A DNA stretch of 64,000 nucleotides from NCBI RefSeq assembly GCF_009914755.1, contig NC_060946.1. One strand, 5' to 3'. The notes under the pieces are model-generated. The model was not told where the DNA came from and did no database searches. It saw nothing but the letters and a program-made list of their open reading frames with translations. Shown here in pieces: positions 1 to 13,826 of the stretch. The translations under genes were made by a program, and so were the position numbers. Source of the DNA: the human T2T-CHM13v2.0 reference genome, Homo sapiens. The stretch's first letter is position 1. Each line of letters begins with the position of its first letter.

Positions 1-230
1 TCTAGAGAATTAAAGATGCTTCATATTTTTAGCTTAATTTACTAGATGTACAAGCACTGTTTAAATGCTCGGAAGGTCTGTTTGCTAGCCGAACAATTGA
101 AATACAAAACAAAAAATCAACTACATGACATATATTAATTCCATTTAAAATACTTAGGGGAATTTCACGGTCTAAGTTTATAAATAGGATCAAACATTAA
201 TCAAAGTTGAATTCAAATAGATAAGGAAGT

Positions 231-522
231 CTTTTTGTTTGTTTGTTTTGTTTTTGTTTTTTGAGACAGAGTTTCACTTTGTTGTCCAGCCTGGAGTGCA
301 GTGGCACAGTCTTGGCTCACTGCAGCCTCTGCCTCCCGGGTTCAAGCAATTCTCGTGCCTCAGCCTCCCACCACCCCGCCCGGCTGATTTTTTTCATATT
401 TTAGAAGAGACAGGGTTTCACCATGTTGCCCAGGCTGGTCTCGAACTCCTGGGCTCAGGCAATCTGCCCATCTCGGCCTCCCAAAGTGCTGGGATTACAG
501 GCGTGAGCGACCGCGCCCGGCC
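231..522 (-). mobile_element. Alu with a short internal deletion
   Basis: Reverse-complement Alu consensus with T-rich tail. Confidence 0.9.
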
Positions 523-896
523 AGAAGTCATTTTTTAATGTGTGATTTTCATAAATCCTGAACCCCATCAAATAAGCCAGAGAGACTGTGGGTGATTCAA
601 ATGTCAGAGGCTGGGACTCTGGCAGAGTGAGCCCTGCCAGGGGTTTTTCCACGTATACCCCAAGACGCTAAGGCAGGGAAGACATGTGGCGATGCCCCTG
701 GTTATTACATCAGAACTCCTCCTGAACTCCACCAACCACGTCAAGCAGTGATGGAACCACCACAACCTGGGCTGCGCAGAGGTCCCACACTGAGGCCGCC
801 GTGGACATGTGGACAGCTCCTCCGAGGGTGACCCTCAGCCTCTGTGCACCCCAGGGTCTGTGTGAACGACTGGGTGGAGGCATGAGGCTGTGCTCA

Positions 897-1301
<405 letters not shown>

Positions 1302-2153
1302 TCAGGCTGGGACTCAAATCCCAGCAAGGGGACCCTGCCTGGTCTCTGGCGGCCTTATGCAGACTAGAAGGTTCCATGGGGGCCCTGCATGGACTGGAGG
1401 CCCTTTGTGGATGAGGAGGTCCCTGAGGGCTCCGTGGGGATGGGTGGGAGGGACAGGGTGTCCCCCATGGGCTCTGTGTGGACAGGCACTCCTCTGGGGG
1501 TCCTGTCTGGATGAAGAGGCCTGCAGCAGAGCCACAACGAAACTTCTGGAGCCCCCGAAAGCAGTTTCCAAATATCAGGCTGCGTGAGTCCCCTCTGCAT
1601 TCACCCTAAAACGATACTGCTCAGGGGATGACAACTTCCACACACACAGCCAGAGGGTTGAGGCGGAGGTGTGGCCCTCTGAAAGCAGGACCTCAGAGCT
1701 GCGGGTGGGAGTGGACGTGGGGGCCCACTGCCGGGCCCTGCCCCTTACAAGCTGTGCCTTTGGGCAAACGCCTTAGCTCTCTGTGCCTCTGTTTCCTTAC
1801 CTGTCAAATGGGTGGACGATACTCCATCACAGGCTGCATGGAAGGGAGAGGGGCTGATGCAGGTGGGCCACTTAGAATCCCTTAGAAGCCACTTAGATCA
1901 CACTACAGGCACTACCAGGATCACCAGCAAGGCTGTGACCTGCATGTTTCCTTCCAGAACACTCCCTAACGCTCGTCGTCAGTTTAGTCAGGCACTGCAC
2001 CCGCCAGGGCTCACATTTGAGAAATGAGGATGGGGATCCTGGACACAACCGTCTTCCACGAACTGAGGTAGACGCCCAGCCCCACAGCACCCACCCATGG
2101 GCATCCGAGTGTCCCCGAGTGTCCCCGAGCCAGGGTGGCGGCCACCCGCCTAC

Positions 2154-2363
2154 CTCGTGAAAGTCGGCGTCCTGCGTGGCTGCCAGGTCGAAGCCCTGCT
2201 GCCAGCTCTCGTGCTGAAGGACGTGGCCCAGCAGCTGGTAGGCCGTGCGCACGTCATTGCCAAAGAGCGTGCCCGTGTGCTGTGTAGCACTGCGCAGCGC
2301 CCTCACCAGCTGCAGGGCCCTGGCGCCGTCCACCTGCGTCTCATTGCGGCTCAGCTTCTCATT
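2154..2363 (-). CDS. CELSR1: Exon 18 (210 nt): start of GAIN domain (NEKLSRNETQ...QDADFHE)
   Basis: Acceptor ttccag|AAT, donor GAG|gtaggc. Confidence 0.96.
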
Positions 2364-2481
2364 CTGGAACAGGGAGGCAGTCGTGATGTGTGCAAACCCA
2401 CTTCGGCCGCTTTCAGTCCCTGCTGTTACTCAGCAACTCACTACTGTCTGGTGCAAGTTTCCTTGTCAGAAAGGAACTTTA

Positions 2482-2835
<354 letters not shown>

Positions 2836-3255
2836 AAAAAGCCCAAAAATGAGCACTGCTGACAGCTAGACCATGGAAACGAGGGTCTGGTGGGCCAAAG
2901 AGGGCTCAGAGAAAGATAGCGAGTGGGAGACGTGGGAACAAAAGCCATGAAATAGGGCAGGATCAGAGGGCAAATGGAGTCAAATGCAGGGACCCCGTGT
3001 TTTCAGAACCAAAGACACAGAGCTGGGTCCTCTGGGGGAGAGAAGTCCACGTGGGGGTGCCTGGCTCAGGTGCCAACACCCCGAAGTCCACAGGAACCTG
3101 CTGGCTCCAGGCTGCGGGCCCGTGGGGCTGTCCCTGCGCCATCCCAGCCGCCCCAACACTCCCCAGCCCAGGAGCCTCGGCCCACACAAACTCTCTCACG
3201 CATACACGAACACACACGTGCCCCTGCTGAACACACATCCCCGAGGCGCCCCTAC

Positions 3256-3350
3256 CATGGCCCTGAGGTCCACGAAGGAGACGGTGGTACAGTTAAAGAG
3301 CTCTGGGGGCAGCCAGCCCTTCTCCCCGCTGCAGTGTCGGACCGCATTTC
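3256..3350 (-). CDS. CELSR1: Exon 17 (95 nt): end of HormR (GNAVRHCSGEKGWLPPELFNCTTVSFVDLRAM)
   Basis: Acceptor ccccag|GA, donor ATG|gtaggg. Confidence 0.96.
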
Positions 3351-4049
3351 CTGGGGAAGGAGAGCAGGTGTGCAAAGCCTGAAACTCAAACTGTTGATCA
3401 ATGCTTGTGTATTTCAATCCACAATCTGAATATACTTAAACCCAGAACACTGCGTGGTGGTTAGAACCCCATGGGGGCCAGGAGGTCGACACCAGCGCCC
3501 CTCTTTCATGTCAGGGCCACGGCCGAAGCTGCTCTGACACTGACAACCAGGCGTTTCGGGAGCCCAGCCAACAGGAGCCAGCACTTCCGAGCAAGTCCGT
3601 GAGGAAAGAAATCAGCAACACCATCTGCCGGCAGCCACGATCCCATGCACCAGGAATCCATTTCGGCTGGGCCTTTCCTTGCCTCACTGGATTTTCCAGA
3701 CGCCCCTCACAGAGTGGACACAGTCAATGTCCCCATTTCACAGAGGTAACCCGATGCTATGAACAGTGAAGCCAATTGTCCCGGTGCCCCAGCCTGAGCG
3801 GCAGAGCAGGGACTGGCCGGGCCTGACTGGCGGGCGTCCCCACACGCGCTGCACTGTTCATGTTTCTGTTGCGCCCTCTGCCTGCTTTGTGTATTTCCTG
3901 GTAGGGAAAAGGCGATCGGATTTCTCCCCAGCACTTTGCCTGCGGATATTTTTTCAACACGAAACATTCCATGAGTCCCCACATCTCGACTGGCTCCTCC
4001 CACAAGGACGCCTGCCTCAGTTCCCTACACACAGGCCACGGCGACTCAC

Positions 4050-4151
4050 CAACGGATCCCTTAGGGCATGGCACCGCAGCCGGCTGCCCGAACTTGGTCT
4101 GTGGCCACCAGATGCCGGCCTCAAATGCTTTGGGACAGCCATTGTAGATCA
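4050..4151 (-). CDS. CELSR1: Exon 16 (102 nt): hormone-receptor domain (VIYNGCPKAFEAGIWWPQT...KGSV)
   Basis: Acceptor ccccag|TG, donor G|gtgagt; HormR C..WP.T..G...PCP motif. Confidence 0.96.
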
Positions 4152-4496
4152 CTGGGGTAGAGAAGAGAGAAGTCTGCTCAGCGGGGCACGCCACACCCAC
4201 GACCACAAACAGGCACCACTGTCTGCATGCGCCTCCCTGCAGGAGGCCCTGCTCCCACCAAGAACCGAACCCTAGCATCTCCCCTGCCCCCATCCATGTC
4301 AGAGCTGGAGAGGGGTGACCAGGCTCTGACCCACACCCCCTCACGCAGAACCAGGTTTCTAGAAGGTCAAGAGAACTCAGAACACGAGGGAGCCCAGGGT
4401 TCCCCAAACACCCAGCGTGCATGCACACACGTGCACGCCAGTGCAGCAGCCTGTCCCCGCGCTGTAACCTGCAGGGTGTCGAGGGGCAACGCGGAC

Positions 4497-4680
4497 CTTC
4501 ACAGCCGAGCGTGGTGACCTCGGCAAACGGGTTGTCGCAGCGGTTGCACTGGCGGCCGATGACGCCGGGCTTGCAGGCACACTGCCCGGTGGCCATGTCG
4601 CAAGTGCGGCTGTGGGAGCCATGGGGGAAGCAGTCGCAGGGCAGACAGGTGTCCTGGGCTGGGGGCTTGTAGTAATTCTC
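4497..4680 (-). CDS. CELSR1: Exon 15 (184 nt): laminin-type EGF (ENYYKPPAQDTCLPCDC...TLGCE)
   Basis: Acceptor ttgcag|GAG, weak donor G|gtccgc. Confidence 0.95.
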
Positions 4681-5419
4681 CTGCAAAAGCCAGAGGCAGG
4701 GCCTGTGACTTCAGATGCCCGGGAGAGGCCCTACCTTGCAGCGTGTTTCCCGAGCGACGTCCAGACTCCCACCCGGGTGTGTGTGTTGGCCGCCAGCCGT
4801 CCCACCCCTCATGGCTACCCTCTGCCCACATCCCACACCCAACGGGGGCTGCCTCCCAAGGCCCCACAAGGCCGGACCCAGGAGAGCAGTTCTTCCGGGA
4901 AGCACGCCCTCCCTCATGTCTTAACAAGTCTCAACAGTGGGCACCTTCGTATTTGTCCTAAAAAGAATCAGAGATCCAAATGGAGGCTTACGTATGGGGA
5001 TAGCCCTTGGGCGTTTTTTTAAAGTTGTTTTGAAAAATTAGAAGCCACCTGAACGTCCACCGTTGGGTGGGTCAGGGTGACAATCAAGAGCTTGTACTTC
5101 GGGTTCAGAAAGTCCTGGGTTCATGCCTGACCCTTGCCGTTTACCAGCTACATTGCCTGGGCTGGTCACCGGGACTCCCCAGGCCCAAGTAGCACCCCCT
5201 CAACCCCGCCCCGGAAAACGGGGCAGGCTGTGACCAGGCTGTGACTTGGGCAGACTCGTGAGCAACGTTCAGACCTGTGTCAGGTGGGGACTCCGACTGT
5301 GTGTAAAATGACAGTGAACGACAGGCCCAGAAGAGATGCTAAAACACTAACAATCACAGCTGGGAGGCGCATGGGGTGACTGCGATCTTTATGGGTTTTT
5401 ATTACATTTTGTATAACTT

Positions 5420-5720
5420 TGTTTTTTTATTTTTTTGAGATGGGGTCTCACTGTGTTGCCCAGTCTGGAGTGCAGTGGTGCAGTCACAGCTCACTGCAGC
5501 CTCAACCTCCAGGGCTCAAGTGATCCTCCCACCTCAGCCTCCTGAGTAGCTGGGATCACAGGCAAGCATCAGCACGCTCAGCTAATGTTTTTATTTTTTG
5601 TAGAAATGGGAGTCTCACTATGTTGCCCAGGCTGGTCTTGAACTCCTGGGCTCAAGTAATCCCTCCTGCCTCGGCCTCCAGAGTAGCTGTGATTACAGGC
5701 ATGAGCCACCACGCCCTGCC
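5420..5720 (-). mobile_element. AluJ
   Basis: J-type diagnostics (gggctcaagtgatcctcccacc). Confidence 0.85.
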
Positions 5721-6317
5721 TATAACTTTGGATGAGAAAAAAATCATAGGCAAGTTTTCGCCAATGCACTCCCCATGTTCTCTCTGCTCTGCCACCCACT
5801 ATGCCACCACCGCCATCTGGTGACGTGTGGACCGACCCTGACCCAGGAGAGCTGTTTAATTTGAGCCTTTCAGGACACAAGTCCCATTTGCTGTTGGAAC
5901 CACCGCAGGCACTGGGGGGGGACACTACTGACATCACGAGATGGCATCCAAGGGTGCCCTGGTACCAGCTTCCCTCCTAGGGCCAGCCGCATCTGCAGGA
6001 AGCTCACGTCCCTCGCCCAGGCTCCTGTTACCCTCAGACCTAACATTTGGGTTTCAAGTCACTGTGAGCGCCATGGCCGTGGTGTACACGAAGATCCTGA
6101 AGGAGGTGATGTATCCTGAGAGGGCTGGGGAGGGGTCCCTAGAGTCTGCACTGAGAACGCGTGTGCATTTCTGGAGACACGAGATGTGAGCTCCGTGCTG
6201 CATGCAGGTTAGGACTGACCGCCCTGGACAGGCGTGGGGCATAACGCACTTAGTGACACTTTCTATTTTAAAACTGCTGTCATCATGGGACACCAGCTTG
6301 GTAAAGACCAGGAAAAT

Positions 6318-6938
<621 letters not shown>

Positions 6939-7004
6939 TTAGGGGCAGCTGTGCATGTGTGTGAGCAAACACAGCATGCAGGGATCATGGGGGCTGGGCC
7001 TCAC

Positions 7005-7125
7005 CTTGCATTGGCACTGGCCGTTGGTCTTATTACAGTCGGGATCAAAGCCTTTGCTGACGGCACAGTGGCAGGGTCCACAGACGGGGTTCCCCCACCA
7101 GCCTCTGGGGCACGGAAGGTCGAGT
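7005..7125 (-). CDS. CELSR1: Exon 14 (121 nt): EGF/laminin-EGF (LDLPCPRGWWGNPVCGPC...QCQCK)
   Basis: Acceptor ccacag|A, donor AAG|gtgagg; translated by hand. Confidence 0.95.
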
Positions 7126-8959
7126 CTGTGGGGAAAATAAGAGGGCAGCTGGAAGGTTTATGTAACTGTGCTTTCTGGAATGAGAAGAGGCCTGCAGGCA
7201 GCATGGAGATGGTTGCCCAGGAGGCCTGGCTGGGTCCAGCTCTGGGAGCTTCCCCTTCCACGTTACATGGCCTCAGTCTCCCCTCTACCGGCTCCCAACC
7301 TCACCCCCCACCCACAGATCCACCATGCCCAAAGCGACTGGGATGACATCTCTGTCCACCGTGTGCCCCACGTCCACATGATGCCTGACTCATTGGGGCT
7401 TAATGACAATGAACCCCCACTGCAAGGCTGGCCTTTCACGATGCAGCCCCAGGCAGACTGAGCTCAGCTGCCTGGCACAACTTCTCAAAGTGGTCTTGGG
7501 GTGAATGCCAGCATGAGATGCCCGCAGGAAGCTCCTAAACAGGGAGTTTTGTAGCTTTTGTTGTCCCCCAGGTCCCCTGGCCCCCAGACCCACAGATGCT
7601 CAGGGCAGCCATGCCCTGGTGTAGCATGCCCCTTAGGACGGCGGCATGCGCCCGTGCACTCGGAATCCAGCAGAAGCCAGTCCTGCCTCCCTGAGCCTCC
7701 CCCGGCAGAGAGCAACAGACACTGAAGATGAGCAACACTGCAGGGACAAAGCCAGGCCTCCGAGGTGCTGGCCGCTGCTGTGCATGAGTCTCCCTACCTG
7801 TTCCTGACAGGGCTGCACCTGCGCAGTCACCTGAAGGCCCACCTGCCTGCAACGGCCCCGCCCGAGTGTCCTGCGGGCTCCTGCAATCCCCCCTGGCTAA
7901 CCAAGTTCCCTCCACCCAGCTGCCAGCCTCTAGCATTCACTCACTTGGCGAGCAAGTATTAAGGACTGTGTACAAATCAGGGTCATAAAGACAACCAGGC
8001 CAGAGATAGAGTCTGGCGTTTATGGATGTGTGTGTGCAGCGTGGGGGCCCCAGAACCTTCATCCCCCTGCAGCAGTGGTGACTGTGGCGCCGGGCATGGA
8101 GATGCTGGATCAGCCTCTTGGCAACTCCCCCTGCTCCAAGCTGTGCTCCATGCGGCAGGTGGGGGTTCCCTAAGACCAGGTCCTGCCACTTTAGTGCTGG
8201 GCCCCCACGGCCTCCACACAGCCGAATTCTGTTCCTGGCTTGCGGGCCCACCTCCGTCCCCACCCAGGCCTCTCTAGATCAGCCTCATCCCCTTACTCCT
8301 CTCCAGCTTGGCTCTGTTGCTTTCGCTCCCAGAATGCCCTCCCGCTTCAGCCACACTGGCTCCCACCTCCCTCTCCACTCCCAGGGCACCTCCGCTGCGC
8401 TCTCCCTGGCATCACATTTTGCTGATATCCAAGAATGATGTGGTGCCATCTTCTCGTGAGGTCACCAGCTCCAGGGCACAGGCTGCTTCCCACTCATGGG
8501 GTCACAGCCGGGATCACAGCACCTGCTCTAGGCTCGGGAGGACAAAGAACGGAGCATAGCAGGTGTCCCTGCACCTGATGGCCACCAGCAGCTGAGGACA
8601 ATGAGCCACAGGGGCATCACCTCCACGGCGGCCTGGAACCTTGGTTTATGAAGAACCCAGCAGCTCCACCTTGGACAAAGTGACGCTTGTGATGACTACG
8701 CACCTGTACCCAGCGATCCCCGTGCAAAGGGTACAGAGCCCAGAGCCCAGAGAGCACGCTGCTGCCTGTCCTAACCACACTAGGATCTCCGCACACATCA
8801 GAAATGACTTCAAGCCCAGCGACTCGACAGAGAAAGCATTCTCTGTAAATCACATGCGTCTCCCTGCATCTCATGGGGCCTGTTTGCTCTGGGCCCAGTG
8901 AGGACTCCAGGTGAGTCATTTGCATGTTTCAGGTGTGGACACATGATCCAATGGGGTTA

Positions 8960-10281
<1,322 letters not shown>

Positions 10282-10534
10282 TTACTTTTCCCTGTTTCTT
10301 TGCTGATCACCCCATGTGCTGAGGAGAGCGCCTGGGGCACTCTGTGCCTTGAGTAAGGAAGAGGCTCAGAGTCTCTCTCTAGGAGGGGCCCACTTGTTAT
10401 AAAATAAAGCTCAGGGCTCCACGGAACCACAGGGAGTTGGCTAGGGACGCTAATGTCTAAACTGAGCCCCCCTCCTGTGTTTCAGCCATAAGAGACCTCC
10501 CTGTCACTGAAGGGCCCCGGGAGGGCGGTCCCAC

Positions 10535-10709
10535 CTTTGTCACAGACGCAGCTGTAGTCCTCCCAGGCGTCGTGGCAGCGGCTATTGGGGGGACAGGGGC
10601 TCGAGGTACAGGGGTCGTCCACATCACAGCCGTCCTTCACCCTGACCTTGAGTGCGTTGTTCATGTTCAGGGTGGCGACGTTGGTGGGCGTCCCCCCCAT
10701 CCTCACTCC
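10535..10709 (-). CDS. CELSR1: Exon 12 (175 nt): end of LamG2 plus EGF repeat (GVRMGGTP...YSCVCDK)
   Basis: Acceptor atgcag|GGA, donor G|gtggga. Confidence 0.95.
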
Positions 10710-11384
10710 CTGCATTAAGTAAACGGCACTGGGGCTACAGGAGCCCGGAAAGGTATGTAGGGGTTAAGGGAACCCTGAGACCTCTCTGGTCCCTTGCGAG
10801 GCATTCATCTGTGATGCCTCATTTATCTACAGAGCTGGGGCGGGCAGGGTTGTTCCTCTTGCCCCACGGCCTGCTGGCCGGAGTGCAGTGGAGGGCTGGG
10901 TGAGGAGCTCAGAGGGCACGCCAGCCTGAGCTCCTGGGGTGCGCGGTGGGGGCGTGAGGAGTGGATGTCCCTGCCGAGGGGGCTGAGAGCTGAACGACTC
11001 AGAGCAGCTCCCTCGGCCGTAGCTGGAACCCCTGGCTCCAGGGGACAGGCACGGGGCCCACTTGGGTGACGTCTGTGGTTGGACTGGGTGGGGGTGGCGG
11101 CAAGGGGCTCGATTCAGGACACTTCACAAAGGCAGAGGGGCAGGTGGCTGGCATGGCGGTGGGGAGCTGTGGGGGCCAGGGACGGCCCGGATGCCAAGGG
11201 GAACCGCAGGGGAGAATGGGTCTGAAGAGGAAACAGGAGCTGTTAAAGTGGGGATGCCTGTCAGACAAATTCTTCACTCGTTGAAAGCTAACAGGTTGAC
11301 CAACGGAACCACCTATGGTGCTGCCAGCCTCGGAGCTGCCTGTGAGGGGCAGGCCTCCCCCCGCCCCCCACAACCCCCACGCAC

Positions 11385-11498
11385 CTGCATGCAGCCTCGG
11401 AATCCACGGCGCACGGAGACCTTGTCTTCAGAGGCGCCCCCGACCACCACGCTCCTTACCGTCAGCCCGGGAAGCATGCCCCCGATATCTGCCTTGTT
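11385..11498 (-). CDS. CELSR1: Exon 11 (114 nt): LamG2 (NKADIGGMLPGL...GFRGCMQ)
   Basis: Acceptor gcacag|AAC, donor CAG|gtgcgt. Confidence 0.95.
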
Positions 11499-12577
11499 CT
11501 GTGCGGAGAGAGGGGCCGGGGATCTGGGGGCTGCATCCACCATCCTAGAAACGTCTCTCAGATGGGAAGGATACACTGGAAGTCTAAACAGTCACTTCAA
11601 CAAACTCCGCAGAGCCTGAGGACATCTGGGCCTCCAAAGAGAGAGCTGGGCCCAGCTGGACAGCGAGGCTGGCTGTGATGACCAGGGCGAGGGGACCAGG
11701 CCAGAGGATGGGTGTCCATGCCCCAGCCTAGCTGAGGCGGCCAGTGGGGTCAACGTGGGCAACTGTCCCGCCTCCGTCAAGGGCACAACACTAAACCAGC
11801 CACGCTGTGACAGAGAGCTTGGCGAGTCAGGAAGACTGCAGTGAACGGAAATCCGCTCACTCATTAACACTGTGGGAACCCAAGAGGGTCTCGGCTGAGA
11901 TCCAGTCCCAGAAAGGCAGGTGCCTGGAACACACCTATTTACTCCCAGGTCTGTGTTGTAAGATGAGCCTTGGCTCCAAGAGCTCTTGGAGATCCCAGGT
12001 CGCCCCTTAAGTGTGTGGGCATTTCACAGACAACATCTTGGGTTACCTGCCTGCAAACTGTGGAAACCTAGTTTGGTTAAGTGTTCCGAACATTGTCTGG
12101 GATACCACCACCTGCCTGCCTGGGACATGTGTGGCTCCCTGGTGTCTCACAGGCCTGTCCAGGACCTGGGTCTCACTGCTCTCCCAGTTTTGCTCCCCAT
12201 CCATGCTCTGAGGGCACGGGCCCCAGCATTGCTACTTCAGTACCCTAAAGACATGGTGCTGAGCCTGCAGGTGTTGCTCAAGATGGCTTTGCTAAAAGAA
12301 ACCACTGCTGAAGGCACCAACAGCATCATGATGAGAAATGCAGCTGGAGGAAGTCAGCTGCTGACTGCCGGGGGCGGGGCATCCGGATGAAGGAGGTGAG
12401 GAAGATGCCAGTGACCTCAGTACAGGGCAGAACAGAAGCCCACCTGCGGGGACCCAGAAAGTGCCTCCCCAAATCCACAAGGTCTCCGGTGGGTCCTGGC
12501 ACGTCAAGGGGTCATTCTGTTTTTCCCTGGGCCGGAGGAAGGGTCTATCCCCAGAGGAGGTGCAGGTGCCAGCTCAC

Positions 12578-12763
12578 CTGGTCCATCCCATAGTCCAAGG
12601 TCATGGTGACCAGGTGCTTCATCTCACTGTCCTCCTTAACATTCTTCAGCTCGATCAGCAGGTGGTGCCACTCCCCGTCGGTCACCCGCAACCCGGACAG
12701 CATCACGGACTCCACATCGGAGGGGCCGTGGGACACCTCAAACTGGAGGTAGTTGTTCAGGAT
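12578..12763 (-). CDS. CELSR1: Exon 10 (186 nt): LamG2 (ILNNYLQFEVSHG...LDYGMDQ)
   Basis: Acceptor ctccag|ATC, donor CAG|gtgagc; contains the TDGEWH motif. Confidence 0.96.
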
Positions 12764-12908
12764 CTGGAGCAGGGAGAGCCACACCGACTGATTGGTACAA
12801 TGACAATGAAAGAGAAAACATTTTGCAGTCACTTAAACAAGGAAGCTGTGAAAGGAGACTGATTATGTGGCACCAGATACAAGATAGGCTTAAAAATTAG
12901 GCAAAGTT

Positions 12909-13826
12909 GGCCAGGTGCGGTGGCTCAGGCCTGTAATCTCAGCATTTTGGGAGGCTGAGGTGGGTGGATCACCTGAAGTCAAAAGTTCGTGACCAGCCTG
13001 GCCAACATGGTGAAACCCCATCTTTACTAAAAATACAAAAATTAGCTAGGTGTGGTGGCAGGTGCCTGTAATCCTGGCTACTCAGAGGCTGGGGCAGGAG
13101 AACTGCTTGAACCTGGGAGGTGGAGGTTGCAGTGAGCTGAGATCGCAGCATTGCACTCCACCCTGGGTGACAGAGCGAGACTTGGTCTCGAGAAAAAAAA
13201 AAAGTTAGGCAAAGTTGGCTGGGAGCAGTGGCTCAGGCCTTTAATCCCAGCACGTTGGGAGGCCACAGCAGGCGGATCACCTGAGGTCACGAGTTCAAGA
13301 CCAGCCTGGCCAACATGGTGAAACCTGCCTCTACTAAAAATACTGAAATTAGCCAGGCATGGTGGCAGGCACCTGTAAGCCCGGCTACTCCGCAGGCTAA
13401 GGCAGCAGAATCGCTTGAACCTGGGAGTCTACTAGAGGTTGCAGTGAGCCGAGATCGCGCCACTGCCCTCCAGCCTGGGAGACAAGAGCGAGACTCTGTC
13501 TCAAAATAATAATCATCATTAGACAAAGTTGGCTGGGCGTGGTGGCTCACACCTGTAATTTCAGCACTTTGGGAAGCCAAGGCGGGTGGATTGCTTGAGG
13601 CCAGGAGGTCAAGGCCAGCCTGGCAAACATGGCAAAACCTCGTGTCTACTAAAAATACAAAAATTAGCTGGGCATGGTGGTGTGCTCCTGTAATCCCAGC
13701 TACTTGGGAGGCTGAGGTGGAAGGATCACTCAAGCCCAGGAGGCAGAGGTTGCAGTGAGCCTAGGTAGCACTACTGTACTTCGACTTGGGTGACAGAGTG
13801 AGAACCTGTCTCAAAAAAAAAAAAAG
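12909..13826 (+). mobile_element. Three head-to-tail Alus (AluS, AluS, AluJ-like)
   Basis: Starts at 12909, 13217 and 13531; each is bounded by (t)tagRcaaagtt. Confidence 0.92.

Noticed and set aside
4678-4683. NAGNAG (CAG-GAG) tandem acceptors at exons 15 and 3
   Set aside because: A distal GAG acceptor is rarely used, and there is no other support.
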